This document shows positions 36,908 to 46,281 of a DNA stretch of 64,000 nt, one piece after another (position 1 is the first letter of the stretch; each line of letters begins with the position of its first letter). The notes below the pieces were generated by a model. It was given only the letters and a program-made list of their open reading frames with translations, made no database searches and had not been told where the DNA came from. Location: contig JAIORF010000005.1 of the NCBI GenBank assembly GCA_021108295.1, positions 136,531 through 200,530 on the forward strand. The letters run 5' to 3'. This DNA is from a bacterium. GTDB lineage: Bacteria > Patescibacteriota > Dojkabacteria > SC72. A program made the position numbers and the translations under genes.

Positions 36908-38524
36908 ATGTATATAACTCCATACCAAAAGAAACAGCTAACTACAATCTTCATACTAGTACTAGGAATACCACTAACCCTCTTCGCCATATACACTGGA
37001 GCACAATGGTTTACAAGTGCAGGAGCGAACACCCAACCCAAAGATGTGATACTAGCTAATTTGACAACTAACTCTGTTGTAGTAACTTGGACTACAAGCG
37101 ATGAAGTAATAGGATCAGTAATCCCTGTACTAAATGGTACAGAGGGCAGCCCAGTAATAGACAAGAGAGGAAGTGGGAAAAGAAATACCCACTACGTTGA
37201 GATTAAAAGTTTGGAACCAGGTACAGAATATGATTTTAAGATAATATCAGGAGAAGATACCTATGTAGATGTGGGTGGTACAGAGTTCGAATTTTCTACA
37301 GCCAACATTAGTGCAGATATTCCAACCCCTACCCCTGTACACGGAATACTCGCAGATATTAGTGATGACGATGCATTGATATATATTCTCCCTAAAGACA
37401 AAACAACATACCCTGCAGCAACAGTACCATCAAGTAATGGGAACTGGTTGGTAGATCTCTCATCATTAAGAAGAATTGAAGATAAAAGTATGTATACAGT
37501 ATTAGAATCAACGGATTTAGTGGTAATAGGAGTCTCAAGTATTGGGAATGCAGGTGTTGTAGAAGGACAGTATGGAATAATATTTGATTCTAGTAAAAAA
37601 TTAACAGAAACGCTTGTTTCTTCAGGGACACAATATGACATATATATATCTGAAGATACAAAGCTAGTAGCTACGGAAGACAAAGAAGAGGAACCTACTG
37701 TAGTAGTGGATAAAGAGAATGAAACACCATATGTACCACCTGTTGTTGTAGAACAAGAGGTTGAAGAAACTTTTGATAAAGAGTATGAACTTAAAAACGA
37801 TCTAATTTGGACTAATTTAGTGTCCAGTGAAGGTGTAGTGCCTACGCAACCAGACGAATATGGAACAGATAGTGTAATGGTAACAAATCTTACCGATGTT
37901 GGCTGTTCTATCATATGGTTCTCCCAAGAATCTCAACAAGGTCATGTGATGTCCGGGACTTCTATATCAGAGCTATCGGACAAAGGGAGAGATGAAAGAG
38001 ATGGCATAGCGTCACAGGGAGAATATTTCTTACACAGTATTGAAATTACACAACTACAACCAGAAACAACATACTACTTTGAAATATACTCAGGAGAAGA
38101 AACATATGAGTATGAAGGGGAAATAACTACCTTTGCTACACAGTCTAGTCCTCCACAATTCGAAACTATTGTAGGAACTCTAGAAGTAGACGATTACAAA
38201 AATGCCCTTGTTGTTGCAACCTTCGTAGATAATGATGGTATTGGATCTAAAGGTACAAGCCACCCAATCTCTACTCTGGTAGATAGTGAGGGCTCTTGGA
38301 TTTTGACAATTGGTGGAGCAAGGGACAGTGAAGGTGAGTATTTTGACAAGAGTAATGATGACAAAGTTAACCTAAGTTCTAAGTATTTTACAAATTCTTC
38401 AGCTACTGAGATGACCATTGGAGAAGCCACTTCTGAAGAAATAGGGATTTCAACTTCTAGCTCAAGTGATTTGGCGTTTAGTATAATCCCATCACTTTCT
38501 GACTACGGTGTTCTTGTAGATTAA
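36908..38524 (+). CDS. Surface protein with an N-terminal signal anchor and two FN3-like (PAP-N-type) domains
   Basis: TM 'LTTIFILVLGIPLTLFAIY'. 'VVVTWTTSDEVIGSV....HYVEIKSLEPGTEYDFKI' and a second 'VTNLTDVGCSIIWFS.....HSIEITQLQPETTYYFEIYSG'. Confidence 0.5.
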   Translation: MYITPYQKKQLTTIFILVLGIPLTLFAIYTGAQWFTSAGANTQPKDVILANLTTNSVVVTWTTSDEVIGSVIPVLNGTEGSPVIDKRGSGKRNTHYVEIKSLEPGTEYDFKIISGEDTYVDVGGTEFEFSTANISADIPTPTPVHGILADISDDDALIYILPKDKTTYPAATVPSSNGNWLVDLSSLRRIEDKSMYTVLESTDLVVIGVSSIGNAGVVEGQYGIIFDSSKKLTETLVSSGTQYDIYISEDTKLVATEDKEEEPTVVVDKENETPYVPPVVVEQEVEETFDKEYELKNDLIWTNLVSSEGVVPTQPDEYGTDSVMVTNLTDVGCSIIWFSQESQQGHVMSGTSISELSDKGRDERDGIASQGEYFLHSIEITQLQPETTYYFEIYSGEETYEYEGEITTFATQSSPPQFETIVGTLEVDDYKNALVVATFVDNDGIGSKGTSHPISTLVDSEGSWILTIGGARDSEGEYFDKSNDDKVNLSSKYFTNSSATEMTIGEATSEEIGISTSSSSDLAFSIIPSLSDYGVLVD

Positions 38525-38562
38525 CCCATTGAATACATCTTTCTTTCAATGTATATTGTACT

Positions 38563-39915
38563 ATGTCGAAGAAATTGTATAGAAGAAAACCCATACTCTT
38601 TTTAGTAGCTCTAATTCTGTTTGGGATTTTTGTTGTAAATATAACTCAAGATATTACTAATATCCAAGCTGACACACAGGAATTTGTACTAAGTGAGAAG
38701 GTAGAAGCCAACGAAGGAGATTGTAACTTAGAACAAGATATATTCTTTGAGATAGACGAAAACTTTAAACCGATTAGAGAAGTTCAACCTGGAATGGTCT
38801 TGTATGAACAAGATGTGTTGGGAACAGAGTGTGTAACTCCACGTTACAGCTACTCTTCCGAGAAAATATGTTCTAGGACTACATCCTTTGATACGAATAT
38901 GGGTAAGAAAGAAGGTTTGCTTACAGTCGATACAATGATTGAGAGAGATTCATCTATTTCTCTTACGAGTATTCAAGTACCACCATTGTTAAATGGTTCA
39001 CCTACTATGGATAGCTCTGTTAGACAGATATTTACTGAAAAAGAGGGTGCTGAACATTGGACACTAAAACCTGCAGGAGAGATGGTTAATAAAGAGGTGG
39101 TTGCTGGGAATGCATATCCAGGAGATACTCAGACACAAGAGAGGATAGAGGATGCTGAGGAATCTAAAACCAAGTCTTTTGGTATCACTTACTCTGTCGA
39201 AGGGGGCTCCAATGCAGAAGGATCAGGTAAAAATGAATTCTCTATTTCAACCTACCAAACTAATGACTGTGGAGCAGAGTGTAGAAACTACTCTAATCCT
39301 ACTCCAGAGAAGTATCTTTCTAGTGCACAGATATTAGGACAGTCTCAAAACTATCCCGGTTACTACGACAATGTTCCAGAACAGCAGGATGAGAGTATTA
39401 ATAATTGTGATACGAATACTACATTTCTTAAAATGGATTTAGATACAGAGATGAAGGGCTGTACTCCAAGTCTTAAGCAAGTTGTAATGTCGTTTTTTAA
39501 GAGGATTACAAGTCTTTTTGAAGCAGACAAATGTTCTAATCAAGGAGAATCAAGTGAGGCTTGTATAAGTACTGCGAGTATTGTTATCATTATGGAATCT
39601 CCTTGGGGTAGTAAGGAGGATTGTGCTGATGGAGCGTGTGTTACAGAGTTTAATGAGCTTAGAAATGGAGGATTTTCAATTCCAAGTAGTGATGCTTCAA
39701 GCAGGATTTATGTTTTGACAGATTGCTATGCAAATATTGAAGGACAGAGTAATGTTCTTCTTTCATGTGCTTGGGATATGGACTATATTACTCAAGAATT
39801 AGAATTTCAGTCACATGACAATATACCTCAGGAGGTATTTCCTGATAGAATGGATTATATTAATTTTCATGTGTGGGAGAGTGAGCGTAGAACAGATGGT
39901 GTGTATGAGATGTAA
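38563..39915 (+). CDS. Secreted Cys-rich hypothetical protein (450 aa)
   Basis: N-terminal TM/signal 'ILFLVALILFGIFVV'. Many paired Cys. No homology recognised. Confidence 0.45.
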   Translation: MSKKLYRRKPILFLVALILFGIFVVNITQDITNIQADTQEFVLSEKVEANEGDCNLEQDIFFEIDENFKPIREVQPGMVLYEQDVLGTECVTPRYSYSSEKICSRTTSFDTNMGKKEGLLTVDTMIERDSSISLTSIQVPPLLNGSPTMDSSVRQIFTEKEGAEHWTLKPAGEMVNKEVVAGNAYPGDTQTQERIEDAEESKTKSFGITYSVEGGSNAEGSGKNEFSISTYQTNDCGAECRNYSNPTPEKYLSSAQILGQSQNYPGYYDNVPEQQDESINNCDTNTTFLKMDLDTEMKGCTPSLKQVVMSFFKRITSLFEADKCSNQGESSEACISTASIVIIMESPWGSKEDCADGACVTEFNELRNGGFSIPSSDASSRIYVLTDCYANIEGQSNVLLSCAWDMDYITQELEFQSHDNIPQEVFPDRMDYINFHVWESERRTDGVYEM

Positions 39916-39939
39916 TATTTAATATTTTTAACTACATAA

Positions 39940-41346
39940 ATGAAGAGATTTAATAAAGACTTATTTTGGTCTGTATTGGTAATTGTTATGTTTTTTCTTT
40001 CGACCAACATATATGCTCAGGAAGGAATAGACTTGGGAGCATCTTACGAAGCTACTGTAGAGGCGGTGAATGCAGGACAAGGCGCAGAGAAGGATGAGTA
40101 CAATTCTGCAAGATCACAGGCTGTAAGTGCTAATACGGCAGTTGTAAATGCGATCATTTACTTAGCACCTGAAGTCTCTTCAACATATCAAACAATGTTG
40201 GATTCAGAGACACTTCCACAAGATATGAAACGAGGTATCTATGGTATGACTGCTGATGGTGTATATACCATGTATGAGTCACAACCTCTTGTGAATGTTT
40301 ATGCACATCTGGCAGAGGAATGGGTGCCTGGTTATCAATCAACTACTTCGGTATATGCGGATTTCTCAACAGGTCCATATGATTCAGGATATGATGAGCT
40401 AGTGAATTCCGGTATTAGTGGTTTGTGGTCACAGGTCAGAAATATTACTTATGTAATCTTTATCCTAATCATGATAGTTGTTGGTTTTATGATTATGTTT
40501 AGGAGTAAATTAGATGGTCAGACATTAGTCTCTCTTGGAAATACATTACCAAATATTATTCTTGCTTTAATAGGGGTCACCTTTAGTTTTGCGATAGCGG
40601 GGTTGATAATAGATATTGGAGGAGTATTAATGGTAGTTCTAATTAATATATTTGATGTAAGTAGTGGCTATGATCAATTCATAACTCTCGAAAGTATTGG
40701 TGCATTATTTGGGGCTGTTGTCCCTCAAGGGATGGTTCAAGATGCCTCATCCTTTATTGCTGAACGAGGCATTGTAGGCAGAGGTCTCTTGGCAGTTGTT
40801 GGAGCAACCCTTGCCCCAGCTGCTGGTCTTGTAGCTTTATTACCAACATTAGTGATTTTAGGTGTTATGACTGTAGGGGTAATTAAAGTCTTCATAACTT
40901 TAATTAAGGCATATGTAGGTATTATAATAAATGTTATTACAGGGCCGTTCCAAATTGCAATGTCAGCGATTCCGGGTCAAAATGCAAGCTTCATCAATTG
41001 GGTGAAAAGTGTTATGAGAAATGTATTGGTATATCCAATTGTGTTTGCGATTTTAAACCTTCCTGGGATTATATATTCTTTGGCTGGAGAGGGAGGAATA
41101 TCTCTTCCTGGTCCGGATAAACTTACTCTGACTCAAAGTCCTGGTCAATTGAACCAAGAAATTGGTTTTGTATCGGGAGCATTAGTCTTCATATTGCAAA
41201 TCTTTGTACTTTTCGCAGCTTCCAAAGCAGATGCGTACGCTAATGCGATATTACCTCCAACATCATCAAAGGCTAGTGGAGATGCAGCTCTAGCTGCAAA
41301 GCAAGCTTTATCTGGAATACCTCTAATTGGGAAATTAATAAAGTAA
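39940..41346 (+). CDS. Polytopic membrane protein (signal peptide, ~150-aa ectodomain, 6-8 TM); VirB6/TrbL-like in architecture
   Basis: Signal 'VLVIVMFFLSTNIYAQEG'. The C-terminal half has successive hydrophobic helices with Gly/Ala/Pro-rich loops. Assigned by architecture, not by motifs. Confidence 0.4.
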   Translation: MKRFNKDLFWSVLVIVMFFLSTNIYAQEGIDLGASYEATVEAVNAGQGAEKDEYNSARSQAVSANTAVVNAIIYLAPEVSSTYQTMLDSETLPQDMKRGIYGMTADGVYTMYESQPLVNVYAHLAEEWVPGYQSTTSVYADFSTGPYDSGYDELVNSGISGLWSQVRNITYVIFILIMIVVGFMIMFRSKLDGQTLVSLGNTLPNIILALIGVTFSFAIAGLIIDIGGVLMVVLINIFDVSSGYDQFITLESIGALFGAVVPQGMVQDASSFIAERGIVGRGLLAVVGATLAPAAGLVALLPTLVILGVMTVGVIKVFITLIKAYVGIIINVITGPFQIAMSAIPGQNASFINWVKSVMRNVLVYPIVFAILNLPGIIYSLAGEGGISLPGPDKLTLTQSPGQLNQEIGFVSGALVFILQIFVLFAASKADAYANAILPPTSSKASGDAALAAKQALSGIPLIGKLIK

Positions 41347-41356
41347 TTAGAAATAT

Positions 41357-44134
41357 ATGGCTGGATATAAAGGCAAGAGTGAAACAATATCATCTGTATC
41401 AGATATTCTAGGTTTTATCCTAGAACAGTCTGAACTACCACCAGAGAAAAGAAGACCAGTAAGACCACCACAGACTGCAGATAGTCAAGCAAGTTCTGAA
41501 TATGCACAGACATTAGTGGATGCACTTGCTATGCCAGGAACGTTTGTAGGAGAAAAGTATCTCGAGACTGTTGAAGGGCTTGTAAGTCCAACTATTGCAA
41601 TAGGGACACAGACTGGTCGTATACCTAATGTCAAGATAACGGCTAGTGCATTACCAGAGTTTTTTGAAAATCCTGATGAGTTTGTAGATAAATTGTTCCA
41701 GAAGAACAAAGACATATCTAAGATGCAGAAAATTAGATGGGCAGGTGAACAGATGAGGGTATTGGCAGGTAGTACATATGCTAAGAAAATGGGTTTATTC
41801 GATGACTATGGAGATCTTAAATCTACTCTTGAAAGAGGTCTAGGACAGGTTGCAATGGACTCTGGGAATGAAAGAGATAAGCAGTGGATTACAAAAGCAT
41901 CAATAGATATCAAGGAGCATGGGATGGTAAATAGTGTTAGTGTTAAAGATTTGGAAAGGAGGAAGAAAGTAGCGCATAGTATAAAGGGGAAAGAGCGTAT
42001 TCAAGGACAAATTGAAGCGTTGTCATTTAAGCACGGCAGTGAGGAAGAAGCGAAGAAGGATCAGGACATTGGAACATTTAGGTCTCTCTTGGGTTTAGAG
42101 TTTGATGAGCGAAGAATTAAGATTCTCGATGGAAGGGATCTTAAAGATCTCGATTCTAAAGAACTAGATTCTTTTAAGAAGGTCCAAAGTGCTTCAAACA
42201 CACTGTCTTTATGGTCTGGATATGAAAAATTAGACCATAGAGGTATGAAGGATAAGTGGTCTAATATTAGAGAGCAGAGAAAAGAGATTTCCGATATAAA
42301 GCAAGGGTTTGGTGATCGATTGAAGGCAATCAAGAATGGGACAACAATCACTCTTGACGACGGCAATACGATTGATTATGGAAAGTTGTCATCCTCAGAT
42401 AGGCAGAAAGAAAAAGCATATATTAGCAAGAATCTCAAACAATTAAGTACAACAGAAAGATCTCTAACTAGTGTATATCTTTGGAGTAAAATAGGCCAGG
42501 CTGAGGGGGTATATCATGGTCTCAAGCAGACTTTTGGTCCTGGAGGTGTTGAAGCTTTCTTGAATGGAGATTTCTTTGATCCAAATAAGGGTTTCTTTGG
42601 ATGTCCTTCTGCAAAAGGGAAGTTTAGAGGAGTAGAGTTTGTTACGTCTAAAAGTACAAAATATAAGAAAGAGAAAGGTGGGAAATATAAAGCGACCCTT
42701 ACGGACACATACAATGATACCATGGTGCGGCTATACTACCTCAATCCAACAACCTGGATGAAAACTGCTTTTAACGGTTCAGGCTTTGCCTGGATAGCAG
42801 AAAACCGTGAGGTGTCTTTAGCCAAGATGTGGGGTGTTAAAGAAAGTAGAATTTTTAAAGACTTACAGAAGCCTGAATTTTGGGCATTCTATAAGAGATA
42901 TAAGGATCTTGATCCTACAAAACAAACCTTAATGCTTGATAGAGATCCTAAATATAAAGCCCTACTAGGATATATTAGCAAAGGATTAGGAGAAAAGGCA
43001 TTTGCCAAGAAATTTAAACAAGCAGAGAAAATATTCAAGAGCTTAGAAAGGTTTTCAGGATTGTCAAGATTCTTTAGTACTCCAACAAGAATACGTGATT
43101 ATATTGTGGAGGGAACTATTGGGAAAGTACAAAAAGGTTTTAGGAATAATGCGTATAGGGTTTTGTCTAAAATGAAAATCTTTACAAATTCTGAAGCTGC
43201 CAAATCTCTGTTGAGAACTTGGAAGGCAACAGGAGGATCCTCTCTTTCAGCAGCAATTGCTCAAGGTATTTTGACTGCTCTAGGTGCAGCAAGTAGTGTA
43301 GTTGCAGGACCTTTAGGTGTAGCTTTAACATTGGCAGTATCGGTTATTCTAGAAAAAGTTGCCAAAGTATCAATCAAAGTATTTATTTATGCTTTTATAG
43401 GAATCTTTGGTGCAATAATATTACTAGGAGCTTCAATAGAGTTTGGTAGCAGAGCACAAGTAGACTCATACTCTAGAGAAATCCCAGGTACGATATATGA
43501 GAATCCAAACTTTGGTGGATATGGAGGTTTTTACTCTGGATGGTTTAGTGGTGGTGGAGGGAATTTTGTTCCTCCTCCTATAAATATCCCTGCACCAACA
43601 AACTCTTCCTGTCCACTCGGGGATGTTAAATATCGTTGCTCTCAAGGATTTACTCGTACAGTATGTTCGCACAAGAATATTACACATAAATACCCAGTAG
43701 ACCTGACAGGCTTCTCGTTCTTCTATGCCCCACAATACTGTGACACATCCACTTGTACTGCAAGTCTGTCAAGCATGGCCGCATGGCGATGTAGTGACGG
43801 TAGTTTTACTGGACGAAACATAGAGTTTAGTGATGGACAAGGAAATGTTTTCAATCTAATGCATACAAAACTAATATCACCAGGTAATGGACGCAACTAC
43901 AAAGCAGGTGAGCCAGTCGCATATATCTACCAATATGCAGCCGAAATGGTTGCTGATGATCCACTAGGGATTACTAAGCCTAATAAGAATGGAGTCTTCT
44001 ACTGTTGGACAGGAGCCCATATACACCTTACAATTACACATAATGGTCAGTACATTGACCCTATTGCATTCTTAGTTGAAATGGGATGTACAAATGGAGC
44101 CCAATCAGAGTCTGAATGTCCTCCATGTAAGTAA
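41357..44134 (+). CDS. 925-aa membrane-spanning protein: ~630-aa cytoplasmic N-domain, TM hairpin, Gly-rich linker, extracellular Cys-rich M23 (LytM)-like metallopeptidase domain
   Basis: TMs 'VVAGPLGVALTLAVSVIL' and 'VFIYAFIGIFGAIILLGASI'. Linker 'GGYGGFYSGWFSGGGGNFVPPP'. C-terminus 'HKYPVDLTG...' and 'YCWTGAHIHLTITHNGQYIDPIAFL' (M23 HxH). Confidence 0.5.
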   Translation: MAGYKGKSETISSVSDILGFILEQSELPPEKRRPVRPPQTADSQASSEYAQTLVDALAMPGTFVGEKYLETVEGLVSPTIAIGTQTGRIPNVKITASALPEFFENPDEFVDKLFQKNKDISKMQKIRWAGEQMRVLAGSTYAKKMGLFDDYGDLKSTLERGLGQVAMDSGNERDKQWITKASIDIKEHGMVNSVSVKDLERRKKVAHSIKGKERIQGQIEALSFKHGSEEEAKKDQDIGTFRSLLGLEFDERRIKILDGRDLKDLDSKELDSFKKVQSASNTLSLWSGYEKLDHRGMKDKWSNIREQRKEISDIKQGFGDRLKAIKNGTTITLDDGNTIDYGKLSSSDRQKEKAYISKNLKQLSTTERSLTSVYLWSKIGQAEGVYHGLKQTFGPGGVEAFLNGDFFDPNKGFFGCPSAKGKFRGVEFVTSKSTKYKKEKGGKYKATLTDTYNDTMVRLYYLNPTTWMKTAFNGSGFAWIAENREVSLAKMWGVKESRIFKDLQKPEFWAFYKRYKDLDPTKQTLMLDRDPKYKALLGYISKGLGEKAFAKKFKQAEKIFKSLERFSGLSRFFSTPTRIRDYIVEGTIGKVQKGFRNNAYRVLSKMKIFTNSEAAKSLLRTWKATGGSSLSAAIAQGILTALGAASSVVAGPLGVALTLAVSVILEKVAKVSIKVFIYAFIGIFGAIILLGASIEFGSRAQVDSYSREIPGTIYENPNFGGYGGFYSGWFSGGGGNFVPPPINIPAPTNSSCPLGDVKYRCSQGFTRTVCSHKNITHKYPVDLTGFSFFYAPQYCDTSTCTASLSSMAAWRCSDGSFTGRNIEFSDGQGNVFNLMHTKLISPGNGRNYKAGEPVAYIYQYAAEMVADDPLGITKPNKNGVFYCWTGAHIHLTITHNGQYIDPIAFLVEMGCTNGAQSESECPPCK

Positions 44135-44142
44135 TACAAATT

Positions 44143-45084
44143 ATGAACAAAAAAACACTTAAAATTTTAATAATAGTAACTGTAGGAATGATACTCCTTA
44201 TAGGAGCATTCCTCATATACTCCTTACTCCAGCCAAAAGCATTAGAAGGTGAATTGATAGATACGAATCCATACCTCAATGACAATACCGAATACAATTT
44301 GAGTATAGAAGCAACAATTGAAACGAAAGACTCTCCTCTCTATATATGCAAATCCAATACAATACCAGAATATTTAGATTCTTTCGCGTCGAAAATTGAT
44401 AATGGCTTGCAAAAAACATCTGATATGAATTTTGTAACATGGGGGAAAGACGGAGAGGTAATAGTGAGATATGATATAGATACAACAGTACTCATGATTA
44501 ATTTATCCCAGTACCCAGAAGCGATGAGATTTAACTCAATAGAAGACTTTATAATTACCTACCTAGATCCTACAATTAAATATGTAGACCCAATTATAGA
44601 CGAAGGAGAAGGGTTTAAAATGTATAGAGTAAATAGAATTATAGACGAGCAAGAAATAAAGACGGGCTCAGGTAGTTCGGACTATTTCTATACCGAAAAA
44701 GGATACCTTAAGACTGCAAGAGTACTACTAGCGCAAATAGAGAAATCTGAATTTATAGCCCCTATGATAGAGGACATAGCTCTTTTAGAGCGATATCTCT
44801 CTTCTCCACAATATCCTAAAATGATAACAATAGATACAACTGGAGTGATAACTTCTGATGAATTCACCTACGAAACCATGGATGTTGAGATAGAATATGA
44901 GAAATGTTCTATCAATAAAATTGAGCCAGTTCTTTACTTTGTCAATTGCAATCAGAACTTCCTGTACTACTCCTACGAAATCTCAGGAGTATGTGATGTT
45001 GAATATGAAAAAGGACTCTTTAGTGTACCTTTTGTAGGATTCATGAACGCAATAGACCCTGAATATGTCAAAAGTGGAGAATAG
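44143..45084 (+). CDS. Membrane-anchored hypothetical protein (313 aa, N-terminal TM)
   Basis: 'ILIIVTVGMILLIGAFLIYSLL', then a soluble domain. Gram-positive VirB8-like proteins have a comparable layout, but no motif supports that. Confidence 0.35.
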   Translation: MNKKTLKILIIVTVGMILLIGAFLIYSLLQPKALEGELIDTNPYLNDNTEYNLSIEATIETKDSPLYICKSNTIPEYLDSFASKIDNGLQKTSDMNFVTWGKDGEVIVRYDIDTTVLMINLSQYPEAMRFNSIEDFIITYLDPTIKYVDPIIDEGEGFKMYRVNRIIDEQEIKTGSGSSDYFYTEKGYLKTARVLLAQIEKSEFIAPMIEDIALLERYLSSPQYPKMITIDTTGVITSDEFTYETMDVEIEYEKCSINKIEPVLYFVNCNQNFLYYSYEISGVCDVEYEKGLFSVPFVGFMNAIDPEYVKSGE

Positions 45085-46254
45085 TTGGTACAATGTAGTA
45101 TGAAAATAAAAAATCTTTTACTAACAATCTTCTTTTTAACAATATTCATCACCCCAATACTAGGATATACCGACTCACACACAGATTTTGATACCTCGCT
45201 AGTGGCTGGTATACAGTATCAATATAGCCAACCAACTAAAATTCTCTTTACCCAAATAGAAGGTAGCTATGAATCTCTAAATCTAAGTACACAAGACTAC
45301 CTCGATGTAATATATTACTACTCAATTACAAAACTTAAACTAGGAAATATCCCATTCCACTATGCAATTGATGAAAACGGAGATGTTTTCAGTACACAGA
45401 ATGTAGATGCTCTTAAGCTTACGGATGAACAATATATTGTAATTGCCTACCTTTCGAATAATCCTCAAGTAAGTAATAAGGCAAGAAATTCCATTCTAGA
45501 AGTTGCAAATGACCTCTCCTACAAATATGGGATTACCCAATATGACACTTACTCTTACAATATTGTAGAAACTGAAGACATACTCTCAAAACTTGAACTA
45601 GTAGATCCTAATAATCTCTTTTTTACATCAATTGACGACAGTTTGGAAGAATGGGAAATAAGTGAAAGAGAGCATCTAGATTACGAAGCTGAGATTGAGA
45701 ATATAGAGTATGAAGAAAGTGTAGAGATAGGGAATACACTACAAGTTAAAGTAACAGTTAAGAATGGAAATGACTTTGTATGGCTTTCTGACAAATACCC
45801 AATATATATATCAGTAAAAGATTCTCGGGAAAGTATATACGCACTAAATGGAGAATGGGATAGTTTTAGCAAACCTGTACACATATCCTCTGATAGATAT
45901 GTACTACCAGGAGAGAGTATAGAGATGACATTTAAACTAGATCCTAAAGTATTACCAGGGAAAAATGCAGAAGCATTTGAGATTCATAAGTTTGCAAAAG
46001 AAGTGTTTTTAGAATCTGAATTTGTAGTGGAATTTACTGTAGTAAAGGGAGACAACACATTGGTGAAAATGGTGTCTCCAGAATTCGGATTTGTAAATAT
46101 AAGGGAATGTAGATGGTATAGCTGTGAGAAAATTGAAGTAGCAAATGATGGAGAAGTTTACATTGTAGTAAAAGAAGAAGAAGGATGGTATCAAATTCTC
46201 TTTGGACAGGACAAAGAAGGGTGGGTATACGGTAAGTATGCCAAAGAAATTTAG
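45085..46254 (+). CDS. Secreted hypothetical protein with a C-terminal SH3b-like domain
   Basis: Signal 'LLLTIFFLTIFITPILGYT'. C-terminus 'GEVYIVVKEEEGWYQILFGQDKEGWVYGKYAKEI'. Confidence 0.4.
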   Translation: MVQCSMKIKNLLLTIFFLTIFITPILGYTDSHTDFDTSLVAGIQYQYSQPTKILFTQIEGSYESLNLSTQDYLDVIYYYSITKLKLGNIPFHYAIDENGDVFSTQNVDALKLTDEQYIVIAYLSNNPQVSNKARNSILEVANDLSYKYGITQYDTYSYNIVETEDILSKLELVDPNNLFFTSIDDSLEEWEISEREHLDYEAEIENIEYEESVEIGNTLQVKVTVKNGNDFVWLSDKYPIYISVKDSRESIYALNGEWDSFSKPVHISSDRYVLPGESIEMTFKLDPKVLPGKNAEAFEIHKFAKEVFLESEFVVEFTVVKGDNTLVKMVSPEFGFVNIRECRWYSCEKIEVANDGEVYIVVKEEEGWYQILFGQDKEGWVYGKYAKEI

Positions 46255-46281
46255 TCATATATTAATTAGAACACCAATCAC

